This document shows positions 36,758-49,346 of a stretch of 64,000 bases of DNA, piece by piece. Under the pieces are notes generated by a model that ran no database searches, was not told the DNA's origin, and saw only the letters and a list, made by a program, of their open reading frames with translations. Origin of the DNA: Parasitella parasitica NRRL 2501. Taxonomy: Eukaryota; Fungi; Mucoromycota. Numbering within the stretch: the first letter of the stretch is position 1; each line of letters begins with the position of its first letter. The translations under genes were made by a program, and so were the position numbers. The DNA lies in NCBI GenBank assembly GCA_025201805.1, contig MU619262.1:3978-67977 (forward strand). The letters run 5' to 3'.

Positions 36758-36851
36758 TGGAATGAAGCGCTTGTACTGGTACATCACGTCGAGAGAGAGT
36801 TGGTCAATTTTTTTCTCCTTGTTCATAAAAAAAAACAACAAACTTAAAACA

Positions 36852-38357
36852 ATGTCATTCGAGGATAACGACAATAGCGCCTCTGATCATGATTTTGGAG
36901 ATCTATTTGGCTCCGAGGACGAAGCATCTGATATTGATGACGGACGCTCTCAATCTTCAATAGAGCAGCAAAATTCGCCAGCACCAAGACCCGCGAAGCA
37001 GTCGAATGACCTTGACAATTTGTTTGGAAGCGATGATGAATCTGCATCTGGAGACGAGCCTGAAAAAAGACAAACACTGAAGCAAAGAAGGTAATTCTTG
37101 AGAGCCTTGGAGCTCTGTAAGGCAACTAAACAACCATCAAATAGAGCCCGCACACCACAGTCGTCTGAAGACGAGCGAGATTCTGGCCGTAGAAGCCCTG
37201 CAAGAGACGATGATGATGTGGAGGATGAAGATGACGACCAATATGGAAGCCACACAAATAAAAAACAACGCGTAGAAGTGTCGTTGGAAATGCCACAGCT
37301 ACCGGTACCCTACAGCGACAACAACAAGGTACTTTAAAAAACTAATCACCCTTGTGCTGAAAGCCAATTAATTATCTACGAATAGTATTATTTGGCCAAG
37401 CTACCTCGCTTTTTGGATATTGAAGTGAATCCGTTTGTGCCCGAAGAGTTCCAAGTGCAGATCGAAGAAGGCTTGTCAGAAGTACAAGTACAAGAATCTA
37501 TACGTGAGCAGATAGAAAACACAATTCGATGGAGGAAAGTTTTGGAGAATGGTTATGAGGTACTCTTTTAAGCTTGTGAAATTTTGCACTCGGCGCATCT
37601 AATACCGAATTCATGTCCATAGACCATGCAATCAAATGCACATTTAGTAGAATGGGAGGACGGTAAAGTGTCTATGATGCTGGGCGACGAATGCTTTGAT
37701 GTGGGCAGTAAACCAGTCGGCAACCAAGAACACGCCTATCTGCTTGCACATCAAACAGGGTCTGGCGCGCTGGAAAGTCAAACTGAATTCACTGACCATA
37801 TGACATTCAGACCAAGTGGGCTTAAAAGTGATACACATCGTCATCTTACTGCACAAATTGCAGATCAGCAAGTGAAAAAGAACAGGACAAAGATGTTCTT
37901 TACTGAAAAGGATCCGGAATTGATGAAACAAGAACTCGAATCACAAGAAAATGAACGTCTGAAGGCGCAAAAGAAATTGGAGCTTCAACGCAGAAAAGCC
38001 GATATGCGTTATGGAGATATGGGCTCACGCCGTAATAATGAATTTAGTGATTACAACGATGTAGCTGATTATTCATCGAGCCATGGAGCTAGCGGACGGG
38101 GAGCACAAGACCGCTACGAAGACGATTTTGTTGTAGATGATGATGAATACGATGAAGAAGAAGAGAGATCAAGGGAGAACAGATTATCACAAGCAAAAAG
38201 TTCGGGTATGGATAGATACAAGCGCAGTCGCTATAATGAAGACGAAGACGAAGACGAGGAAGACGAAGACGAAGATTATGGAATTGATGACGACGAAGAC
38301 GAGGAGGTTGTGGTTAGAAGACATAAGCGTAATCATATCTCGAGCGATGAAGAATAA
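36852..38357 (+). CDS. LEO1: Paf1 complex subunit Leo1; multi-exon
   Basis: Acidic DLFGS repeats, AKLPRFLDIEVNPF, ENTIRWRK, QSNAHLVEWEDGKVSMMLGDE, MTFRPSGLKSDTHRHLT. Confidence 0.9.
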
Positions 38358-39359
38358 AGCGATGAACAAATAAATTTGTAAAATACCTTCACCTCAATGG
38401 CAATGTATTCGATATATTTTTCTGCCACTTGTCAAGATAATCTACCGATTGAGACTTTGTATCGCTTCAATTACTTTCCTTCTATTTGCAGTATATTGCC
38501 ATTTCAAAGAGACCCCTCAATAATGCAGTTTTTACCGTCGTTGATTAAATTCAAAATTCGTCGTGCTCAAGATACTGTAAAACTAAACTCTATATTATAA
38601 AAAACACGAATGTTTATATAATTGATTAGTGCATTTTCCTCATTATCTTTTCTTTGCGTATAGACCATAAAAATTGCAACCGTATCCATTCCATTTTCAA
38701 TAGCTTCATCTTTGGTATTCTCTCCTATCAAAATTTTGTTCTCAACATGGATTTTACGATAATGCCTGACAAACGAAAATTGGTACAAATGCATCGTATC
38801 AGTATTAAACCTGGAATAATCGTTCTTTATGCAGGCAACATTAGTCATTCGGTGTGATCTTGAATATAATATTTGGTGTCTCATATTGCTAAGAGTTCTG
38901 TTTTTTATATACCATGAAACCGGGTTGGTCCTACCAGCAGTCGTATGTTTATTTTAAAAGGATTTCAGCTGCATGTATCATGGGAAGGTTTCTGATTCTG
39001 TCTACTTATAATGATATGACTAGTCCCAAACACATCAGCTCCTCATCTTCAATACAATAAATTTATCAGCAAAGGTGGTATGCAAGCGAATTAAAGGCTT
39101 CTCATTCCCTTGGATAGCTATGTAATAAGTTGCATGCAAATGATTGATTGTTGCAGTGCTAATTCCAGCATCTCGGAACTGTTTCGCTTGTCTGTACGAT
39201 GTCAACCTGTAAGAATTAATTTTTTTTTGGACGAGAAAATTTTATAATGGTATTAAAAAGAAAATGGCGTAAATTGCTTGGTAACTATATACAAATGGCT
39301 TAATACATGTCTCAAACAGGTAAAGCAAAATATATAATATACGCAACTGCTAGTTATAG

Positions 39360-41510
39360 ATTTGACAGACCCCCAAATTATGAAATCTGGATATCTCGAG
39401 AAATTTTTATTTTAATGAAATGAACATTAGAATGATCATGGATCAGTAAAATAGTGTCGAATTTGACGAAATAGCGTCTAAGTTTTTATAATTCTTTCGT
39501 CAAATGATGATAGTTATAATGATAGATTGAGTAAAATGGCCAACTTTTTTTTTTGTTTATAGGATGAGAATGGATACATGCCTGGCCTCCAGCCTCTTTA
39601 TTCAAGATAAATCAGAAAAAGTCGAACACACAAAGACTCTTTCCATTCTTTCTCTTTCTCTTCATCTCTTCATCCCTTTTTCTCTTTTGAAAAGTGTACA
39701 ACATAATGGGAAATATTAGTATGTATTTGTTTTTGATTATACTATCAGGAGTCATGTACCAATTCGCCATGTGTCATTTCATTCAAAATATAGTCAGCAC
39801 TTCTATCTCTGCAAGATCTCTTGCTGTTCCGGGTTCAGGTATGACAGACTACTTTGAAGATTTTGACGACGACGCTGCCGATACGCAGAGCAAGGTAACT
39901 TTAAAAAGTGCCTACTGACGACATTTCCTGTTGACAGTTACAATAAAATAGCATCTGCTTAAAAAGCAACTGATAGATTACATGAAACACTTTACACATC
40001 AAAAAGAAAAGTTAAGCAAATTAGAAGAGTCTTTTCTATTGTAGGTTGGCACATGATACAGAATTGCATGTATTTTAAGGAATACTCCTTATGATGTCTC
40101 ACATTTCTACACTATAGAGTCCTGCAATCATCTATCATCAACCTACTTGGTAAAAAGCAATGTGAATCCTATCAAAACCACGGATCATTTAATGGCACAG
40201 ATTTAAAGATAATGAGTTCCATTTGTCGAATAACGCATTTTGATGTCGACAAGTACTCTGAAGTTAATCATCTCATTGAGCCTTTGAAAGCTGTACTTAT
40301 TAGTTAGTGGAAAGTGTTGCTACACGGTCTTAATCTTTTATCAATTTTTGTAGGCATTCCAAATTGGCTCCTTGCAAAAAGTGTTGGTGTCAATTGAAAA
40401 CATTAAGCAGTACAATGATCACCAGGGCTTGCCATTGAGCACTATTGGCTATAAGTTGTTGGATATTTTGGAATACATGTAAGATGGTAGCAAAAACTTT
40501 TGTTTTAAAGTGTACCGAATCAATGGTTTTTTATCAGTACGAAACTTTGCATGAATGAGGAAAAAGATGCCAAGGCCGTTTTTGTTCACTGGATGAACAT
40601 ATTCGACATACTATTCCGAGGTACAAATGTAAAGCTATCAAAGTAAGTGGAGCTGTAGCCTATGTCTTGCTCAGTTAATGTCAACAATATAATCTGTTTA
40701 GCCGTAGATCTAAATTTTCGGTCAAGTGTGTGGACTATCAACAAGAGAGTTTAAATAAAACGCAGCAAAAGAGAAAACTCAGTAGCGTCAATGGAAGTTC
40801 CAAAGACAGTATATTATTCCAATGTCTTTGCCATAATAGCTCCAGCCAACAAGAACTCGTAGAGATATCATCTTGTAATATTTCTTACAAAGCGAAAAGT
40901 GATACTGAAGAACAGTACGCAGAGAAAGAGGCCATTTTTCAAAACAATTCCATCCTGATCAACAAGGGAATCATCGAGAAGCTGAAAAAAGATTACCCAA
41001 ACATTGACGAGAATAATATGAGAGACGTTTATCCTTTAGGCATTCATTTATCTGGTATTTATCTCTTTATACATGCATTCTTTTGTTTAATTATATAAAG
41101 TAGAATTCGATGGCTATGTCTATTCTATCCGTCAATACAAAGGCGTATATATAGCATCGCGGGCTAGTGAGAGCATCTTATTTTTACCGCAAACCATCAA
41201 CGAGTTTGAGATGTTTCTATACAAGAGCCGAGTGCTTGAAATGTTGTGCAATCTCAAGGTTTGGATAAATTATATCCTTATTTGTGTCATCACCATTAAT
41301 AGTAGCCAAATAGAGACACTACATCAATGTTGCCAAGCTTATAAGACAAGCATCCGTAAGCAAAAATGTGTGGTCGAATCCGTGAGTCAACTAGGCTATC
41401 GTAGCGTAATGGTATATGTGCAAGCAATGACACCGTATTTAATAATATTGCAATCCAAAATAAAAAGCATTCAGCTTGTTTATGAATCATTGAAAATTCA
41501 TATCTTTTAG
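39360..41510 (+). CDS. Second, diverged member of the PD-(D/E)XK-like family seen at 3809-6713; lacks the D...ExK residues; 5' end and integrity unresolved
   Basis: Exons give LQSSIINLL..., GYKLLDILEY, FDILFRGTNVKLS, ELVEISSCN, AIFQNNSILINKGII, VYPLGIHLSG-FDGYVYSI..YKGVYIA, colinear with copy 1 and with matching intron positions. Confidence 0.55.
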
Positions 41511-41766
41511 ACTTACACTGCTTTTGACGCACTTGAAATACAAATAAAATAGGAAAATCGTTGGCATATAGCAATATATTGGTCATTCATGTCACATGAA
41601 CACAACTGCAGAAGGCAACAATTATCGGACGTTATAGGTTATCAATTGTCAATTGATGATGTCTACATAGAAACAATCATATCTCTATTAAGGAGATATG
41701 TCTTTTCTATTTTATATATATATATATATATATATCTCTGATTATTATATACAATCTACTTGATGC

Positions 41767-44131
41767 TTAAAACAGTTGGTTCAACAAAGTAGGGTCGGTC
41801 ACAGATGAGCTGGAAGTATTGGTAAAATCGCCCACGCCAGCATTGACGTTCCCATACTTTGCGATCAAATCTATGACATTGCTGCCAACATGCGTCACAT
41901 GTTCAGCCTCCAACATGAACAATGTGCTCTCTTTGTTACCGTCAGCATCAAACAATCTGTCTTGCGTCGCGTCATTACTAGCTCCCATTAAAAATGCCCG
42001 TTGATAGAGCTCGCTCAGGGCGATCAGTGCTTGTGGACTAGGTGTATTTTGATACGATGAGCCATTGCTTTCATCGCTATTATTGCTGCTATTGTTCAAT
42101 AACTGATCTGGCATAAGAACATCCTTGTTTTGGTTTGCTGAAGGAAAAGACGCGAGAATGAAATCGTTAAAAATGCTGTTATTGGCAGGGAAAATGGGGC
42201 TGTTGGCAGTTGTTGAGACATCATACATTGTGGTGGTTGTCGTGGTATCTTCTTCGCATGAGGCCATCATATCGTTGTCTTCTTCAGGTGGTGGCGAAAA
42301 GCAAAAATCGTGGAAATCAAGCGTTACTGTCGTGCCTGAATAGCAGGATTGGCCTGTTGTAGAATCACGGCGTTTGTGCTGAGATGGTGTTGCGCTAGTC
42401 AATCCGAGCTCAAACAACTCCTTTTGCTGATCTGCCAATGCCTGTGCAGTCAACGGAATAGATTGGTGGTTAAGAATCATAACATTTTCTGCGTCTGATT
42501 CGTGCTTCTCTTTAGAGTCCATATTGTCTTCTGTCACTTCCGAGGAAGGAGAGAGAGATGTCGCTACCGTAGGAGGAGACGGTAGTGGAGGCGGGAAGGG
42601 TGCAGGAGCTGTACGGGATGCATATTTACGTGGTCTCAGGTTAGGCGTAAACTGATTTCGATATGTGTCCAAAGCTTTTTGAAGCAGGTTTTTCTTGCTG
42701 GCTAGTTGACGAGGATTCAGCCAAGCTAATTTCCAGCCTATTTCGTTGCATTTGGCTTCGTCTAATCGACGCTGAGACACAGATGGCGTTTCTGCTGTTA
42801 TGTTCATTGCCCTAGGAAACACACAGTTGTTTTTACGGAATGTCATGTCAATAGTATCTAGCACAACAGACTCAATGTTGATTCGAATGCGGCATTTCGA
42901 GGCCGAGTCTTCAATCAAGATTGTTTTAGGCACTTTTTCATTGTATTCATGGTGGTTTTTAGCGACTTTATTGCTCTGATCTTCGTCTTCAGTAGAGGCA
43001 GTAGTCTCACGATGCTTTCGTTTGCGCAGTGTGCCTTTCAAGAGCTTCTCTTGCCTTGCAACTCGACGAGATCGCATGCTTGGATATCGATTACGATACG
43101 AATCAACAGCACGCTGAATGAGGCCTCTTTTACCGGCAATTTCGTCAAGGTTCAAAAAGGCTAATTTCCATCCCAAAACATTGCACTCAGTTTCATATGT
43201 CCATCTGTTGCCGCGGTATGTCTCTCGGGGTAAATTGGCTCTCGGATATACCTAACAATAGAGAATTCGAGTTAGAACTTTCTCTGAAATACCATGTCGC
43301 CCAAGAGGGATCTCGTACACAATTCTCTTTTTTGAATTTATCGTCTAATATACTGGTATCGACTTTGTCAAGGTCTGTTCTAATACAATATCTACGTAAC
43401 GTTCTATGGTGCGAATATACAAAACTAACCCACTCGATTCCCTCTTTCAATTCAGTTGTAGGCTCATGGTTAGATAGGAATGGTGAGGTGGAAGGAGCAG
43501 TTGATGTGACGGGTGGCTTGGCAGTAGTTGCCTTGGAGAGGGAGTTTCGGTTAGGGCCAGCATCAGTTGTTCGTTGTGGAGGAGGCGTTGGTGGTTTGTC
43601 TTTGCTTGTTTTGTTCGCTATGGTCGTTGGCCGTGTAGATGATTCTGCTGGTACTGTTTGCGCTGATCTTTGCTTGTTTGAAATTTCCTGATTCGAAATT
43701 GCTTCCACAAGGGCATTAGCAACTAGATTTGAGTTCCAGGCATCGCCTGAAGGGGTTTCTATGGCAACATTCGACATATTTTGTGCTGCAAGGAGTAATC
43801 AGGATATTAATATATGACATGCAAAAATAAAAATGTAAGGGGAGGCTATATAAGGGTCTTTACCTTGATGATTTTCATCTGCTGCATCATCTAATATGTT
43901 GCTCAATTTACGTTCTTTGATTTTATTGACTGCTTGCTCGATTATGTTCAATTGCTCATTAGATAGTGTCTCCAGTAAAGTTTCCGCAGACTCTGTAGGA
44001 TGTACAAGATCTTGGATGCTTAGTTGAAGCTCAGGATTGTAGGGCAATGTTTCATTGATAATTGCAGCATAAGATGATAAGGTCATAATATCATCTTTGA
44101 TGGATTTTGTTGCAGTCGTAGTTGTAGTCAT
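41767..44131 (-). CDS. Protein with two tandem copies of a conserved fungal domain of unknown function; multi-exon
   Basis: Repeat 1 KKENCVYPRAN...ETECNVLGWKLAFLN...KRGLIQRAVDSYRN; repeat 2 RKNNCVFPRAM...EAKCNEIGWKLAWLN...KKNLLQKALDTYRN; long acidic/Ser-rich tail. Confidence 0.85.
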
Positions 44132-45598
44132 ATCGTTGTAGTAATGATTGGTGGAAAGGGGCGGTTATTTGTTGCACTAATTGTAGAAAAATTATAGATA
44201 GAGAAGGAATAGAAGAAAAGAAGAACTTGAAAGCGCGTTCTATTTAATAACCCGTTAAAAACTGACTTGTAAAAAGATGCTAATTACGGCCTGCGGGGTG
44301 CAACGGTTGCAGCTCCTTATTCAAAATTCTATGTGATAATTGTACCTTCATATAACAAGTAATACGTTAAATTGTCTCTTTGTATATAATATAATGGAAC
44401 ATTTAAAGTTTGGAAGGTGTAATGTATCGTAGACGCTGAAAATAATACTGGAATAATTTGGCTTTACTAAAAGATTCCACTTGTGTAACTGAAAAATTGA
44501 AGGTTTTTTGAAGAATCAAAGGAATCTATTCGTTAAAAAAGATACAAGAATACATCCAAGATCAACATCAGTCATTTTCTATTTCGGGATACATTCATAG
44601 CAGATATATCGGTACGATTAAATGAATTTACAGCTGTCTATAAGAAGTGTACTTGCCATTTTCTGTAATCGTAATGTTTACACAAACATTTTGGTTGTGT
44701 AGATCACAGGTGATATTGCGGTAGATTCGGTCCAACAGCCCCGCCCCAATCTAAATTCATTCATTCAGTTTCCAGTTGTCATAAAAGTACCCGATTGTGT
44801 CTTTTCGAAAATGGTTCATTTCATGTGATTGGATGCAATTTGCTAGCAAAGAATTAGGCCTATGTTAGGTCAACGAAGTTTAGCTTTAATTCACATTTTC
44901 AAGCTAAAGCGAATATACAAAAAAAAACCATCAATCTTACAAGCGGGTATACTTGACATAATATTGTACACAAAAAGATCTCTACTTGATGGTTTGAGTG
45001 CCCAATTAAAAATAACTGTCATAACACACAAATTTGATAATGCATTGACATGAATGGTTTGAGGATGGCAAAGTAACAAAAATTCAGAAAATTTAAAGTG
45101 CTATATTGCGATCATGATTTGCATTTGGGATTTTAATAAAACCTCGACAGCACTCGAGACAATCACCGAATGTGCATAAGATAATGTGATGAATTTGATA
45201 TTAACGATCATTGCACTCATTAGAACGAAGGTCGAAAAAAGTGATTCCTTTTTTTTTTTACCCTGGTTCGGGGTGGAGAAAATCGTTTGATATTGAAATA
45301 TGTTTTAGAATACAAAGAATAATAGCATAAACCATTGCCATGTACAGGACGATTTTTTGAAATCTGCTTCAAAAGAAGGTGGATTACTAATGGGTTAAAG
45401 GCGACAGTCAAATGATGATCTTTTACATCAATTTGAATGCGCATATCTTGAGAGTATTTTAAATATTTTTTATAATAGACATTACAGGTGTCTTTCTATT
45501 CTTGTCAAAATATACCTTAGAGTCTAAGAATATTTAAATTGAATAAAGGGTTATAAAGCCTATTTAAAAAGAAAAAATAATCCCACTGAAAGAAATTA

Positions 45599-47749
45599 TT
45601 ATTGATTATCTGTGAAATCAGGCTTTTGTATAACGATAGGAGAAGCAGCAGATTCCACATATCTTGTATCATTTCCCTCGACAATTGAAGGCTTCATTAA
45701 CTTCATTGATTCATCGGTAACCCTGGGAGCGCCTTCGCCAGCAAGGGTTGTGCTATCTTTTGTGAAATTCTCATCATCGTATTCATTAGGAGTATATCTT
45801 TCAATTGCGATGGACGGTGATGTAAGCAGCATTGAATGACGGCCTGCTTGATCCTCAATAGACCGATGCTTTTCATTCTCAACCATAGCATGTTGAGCAT
45901 TACTGTTATCGTAAAATTTGTCCACATGATCCCAATCAACAGGTAATTCATCTAGCTTCTTTTCCTGCTCTCTCCTTTTACGGATATAAAAGAATATGAC
46001 AGCAGCAATTGCACCTATACCCTATTATACGTAAAAAGCATTGTTAATGTATACTTTTACTAAAATTTATATAATATACATGTATATAAAATACTTGCCA
46101 TAATGACACAAGCAACCGCAATACCAGCAATGGCACCGCTGCTCAATGAGCTACTACTGCTATCGGCTACTGGTTTCTCTGATGAGGTTTTGATTTGCTC
46201 GATGTAGGGATAGGTATCTGGAAAATAGAGGTTATTCACATCATTGACACTTATGAGAAGAATATCATCTAGGGGGTTATTATAAACAGCCAAACCGAAC
46301 AGAATAAACAAGGTTGTATTGACCAGTACAGCTGCCACATATTGATTGTTAATAAGAACTGTAACGCTCTTCTAATCGAGTTGAGTATAGCTACCTGAAT
46401 GTGCAAAGCGGGGGGCGGATGCCACGCCTACAGTATCGATGGTTCGGCGGGTCCATCTGTTGCTGTCCAAGTTGAGAGTGTAGCAGAAATCAGTAAAAGC
46501 TAAAAATGTACGCCCAAATACAATAGTCTTAATACAGTGATGAATTATGCTTGAAAGCTATGATTACCTGTGGTTTGTCCTGTGGAAGTGCCTCCATAGA
46601 GCAAAATGTCGTTTGAGTTGGGTACTAGTAGCGGTCAATATGTCAGCTGAGTGAGCATCCAATCATTAAAAACATAAAACATTACATAATGTGGCAGTAG
46701 GGAACATGCGGGCACTTGGAGTGGTTCCATTCAAAACCATAGAGATCCAAGAGCTGCTAGAGGTATTGAATACATTTGCGCTTTTAAAGTCTTGCTTGTT
46801 TTCTTTTGTATAATCTGGGCTCGAGTAATAGAAACCCCCCAAGTAATATATGAGGCCTGTCTTTGGGTTTAACGTGACAGTTTGAGCAGAGTAAAGCACA
46901 GTCGGTGTGTTTAGCTGTGGCGTTCTTGGTAGCCATTGGTTGTTACCATAATTGTAGCTGACAAGAGAGGAGTACCCCTCGTGCATAACGGTTTGATTCG
47001 AGCTATCAATTTGTGTAGGGACAGTGGTATTAGAGATGGGATTTCTACAATTTGGTTTAGTCTGTGATGAGTAAGCAAAGAGATGTACAAGTAGGCTTAC
47101 TCTGTGACACCACCGTAAAACACAATCGAGTTTTCGATAGGAGCTAAATTGACGGCTGCAGCGTTGTATCTGTATTACATATGCCCAGAAGTGGAATTAG
47201 TTGGTCGTATCGCACATGTATAATAACATAGACATTACATTTGTCGAGCAGAGCTTGATTTTGCATCAGTGTAGGTGCTCAAGGTCTGCCATGCATTTGT
47301 GTCTCTGCTGTATGCAATTGTTTGATTTTTGATCATTGTACCATTATAGGTGTAACCTCCAGTGATGAACAGGGTATTTTCGTTGTAGACCACAGAGTTG
47401 GCACGTCGTCTGTCTTCAAGGATGTAATCTGTATTGGTATAGTTGATTTGAACCCAAGTTTTAGCAAAGTTGATCATGCTTTTATTGTTAGTGAGATTGG
47501 TTAAAGGAAGGCTGTACAGATCAGAATCTATATTATTGCTCATTAAAAGACCACCATAGCAGTAAATTGAATCAACCAAAAAACCGCATTCTTGATTCAA
47601 CAGAAAAATGTTAAAAACTTAGAGTGAAAATATACATGCTTGGTCTTACGAGATTCAGATCTTTTTTCTAACTGTATTGCTTCTAAAACGCTCAGATTTG
47701 AGACAATGGTCGTTGCGACAACTGCCAGAGCCGCTGTAAGACGCTTCAT
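45599..47749 (-). CDS. Type I membrane protein with extracellular kelch/beta-propeller repeats; multi-exon
   Basis: Signal peptide MKRLTAALAVVATT; kelch-like IYCYGG, LFITGG, IYYLGG, LLYGG, LFILFG; TM LSSGAIAGIAVACVIM; cytoplasmic tail ending QKPD. Confidence 0.85.
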
Positions 47750-48509
47750 TTGTAAATATAAACAAAGAGAGAAAGGTGCTCAGCAATATACAGCGACATT
47801 ATAAATAAAGATCCACACTTTAATCAAGGCAAGGCTGAGGAGGTGTCACTTGTGTCGTGCCTTTTTGTACTCATCAATTATCAGATTAGTATATTAACAT
47901 GTACAAAAAGCTTAATACTGTGCTTCCACTCTTAATTTACCACATGTTTGGGAGACTCTACTCACTATTTTGAATAGTTATGGGCATTTGTGTGAGGTCA
48001 ATCTACCCAAAAAAGTCAGACTAAGTTGATCAGATGCTTGAAACTAATTTGCCCCCACTTAGTTTCGTCGACTGTAAAGTACCATCTTTTCTGCTTTCTA
48101 CTGAAAATGGCCACCAACAGCATGCTAGACGTCCGTAAGAGTGCAATAATTGCTAAAAGCACGCAGTTTATATAAAAAAGCTTCTTCTGGATCCGGTAAA
48201 AGGTACACTTGTAGATGTAGTCGATTAGCTGATTTTCATTTTGCTAGACATTTTTGTCATTGCGCAGCAACCAGAATGCTGAAAGGTTAATTGTAAAAAA
48301 GGTTTTTATATAAGCATTAAAAATTAAGACAGTACGTATAAGGCCAAGCATAGGAACCAAATTCAGCTATTATCGCTGTAGCAGAGAGAAATGTTGAGAA
48401 AAAAAAAAAAGAAAACAAAGGGTCAGAACCAAAGTCGAAAGTAAGCTACAGAAGATGGGTTAATTTATGTCAATATGGTTTAATATAATTGCTTCAAGCT
48501 TAATAGATG

Positions 48510-49328
48510 TTCAAGTTTTTTTGATATACCAGGTGAAACCAATTCAACGAATGCAATCCAGCATATGGAACAATATGATCCCAAATTAGCTTCTTATTTG
48601 GGTCGAGATACTTTGACCGCATTCAAAGAACGTCTTGAGAGATCTGATGGAACCAATCCTTTCAAGTATGTACATCATACTGTTACCAAAATGATAATAT
48701 TATTGAAAGAATTTTCTGTAGAACTTTTGTTCGATCAGGAAAGTCTGCGGCCTCTGTCCTTGCTTGATTTATTGAGTTGTTTAATACATCCGATCAGTGT
48801 TAGAATTCAATTGGTTTCCATCCGCTGATCAAGTTCCGGAGACGAGTTTGGATGATCTGAGATCTGCAGGTTTATCAGGGCGAAAGGCAAGTTTTGTACA
48901 TGTGCAGCTTGTATAAGATTTCAATATTCATTAGTTTCACATTTTTATGATGTACAGACTCAGTACATACAAAATCTTGCTCAGTATTTTGTCAGCAAAT
49001 CCTTTATTCCTGAAAATTCCGTACAAACGTTGGACCAAGGAATCTCTACTCGACTATGCACTGTAAAGGGCATTAGCCAAGTGAGTTTTGCATTCATGGA
49101 GAATAAAATCAAGTCGTTAATACTAAATTAGTGGTTTGTTGATATATTTCTTCTGCTTGATCTTTATCACTACGATGTTTTGCCCTTGGGAGATTTAGCT
49201 GTACGCAAGAAAAATTTCCTTTACCACATCACATGATAGAATTAACAAAGTTCTGGCGACCTTATCGATCTTCAGGCTCATGGCTCATGTGGAAATTACA
49301 GGGAATTAAAGTCGTTGGTGATGATTAA
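48510..49328 (+). pseudogene. Pseudogene of DNA-3-methyladenine glycosylase (paralog of 62646-63932)
   Basis: YDPKLASYL...PFK, GKSAASVLA*FIELF, frameshift before WFPSADQV...DLRSAGLSGRK, DVLPLGDLAVRK, frameshift/deletion, WRPYRSSGSWLMWK; 5' end uncertain. Confidence 0.85.
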
Positions 49329-49346
49329 AGTTAAGAAAAGGGATGT

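Noticed and set aside
38400-39000. Minus-strand fragments weakly resembling a helicase start (RRILNLINDGKNCIIEGS) or a zinc finger
   Set aside because: Too short, no Walker A completion, cannot be supported
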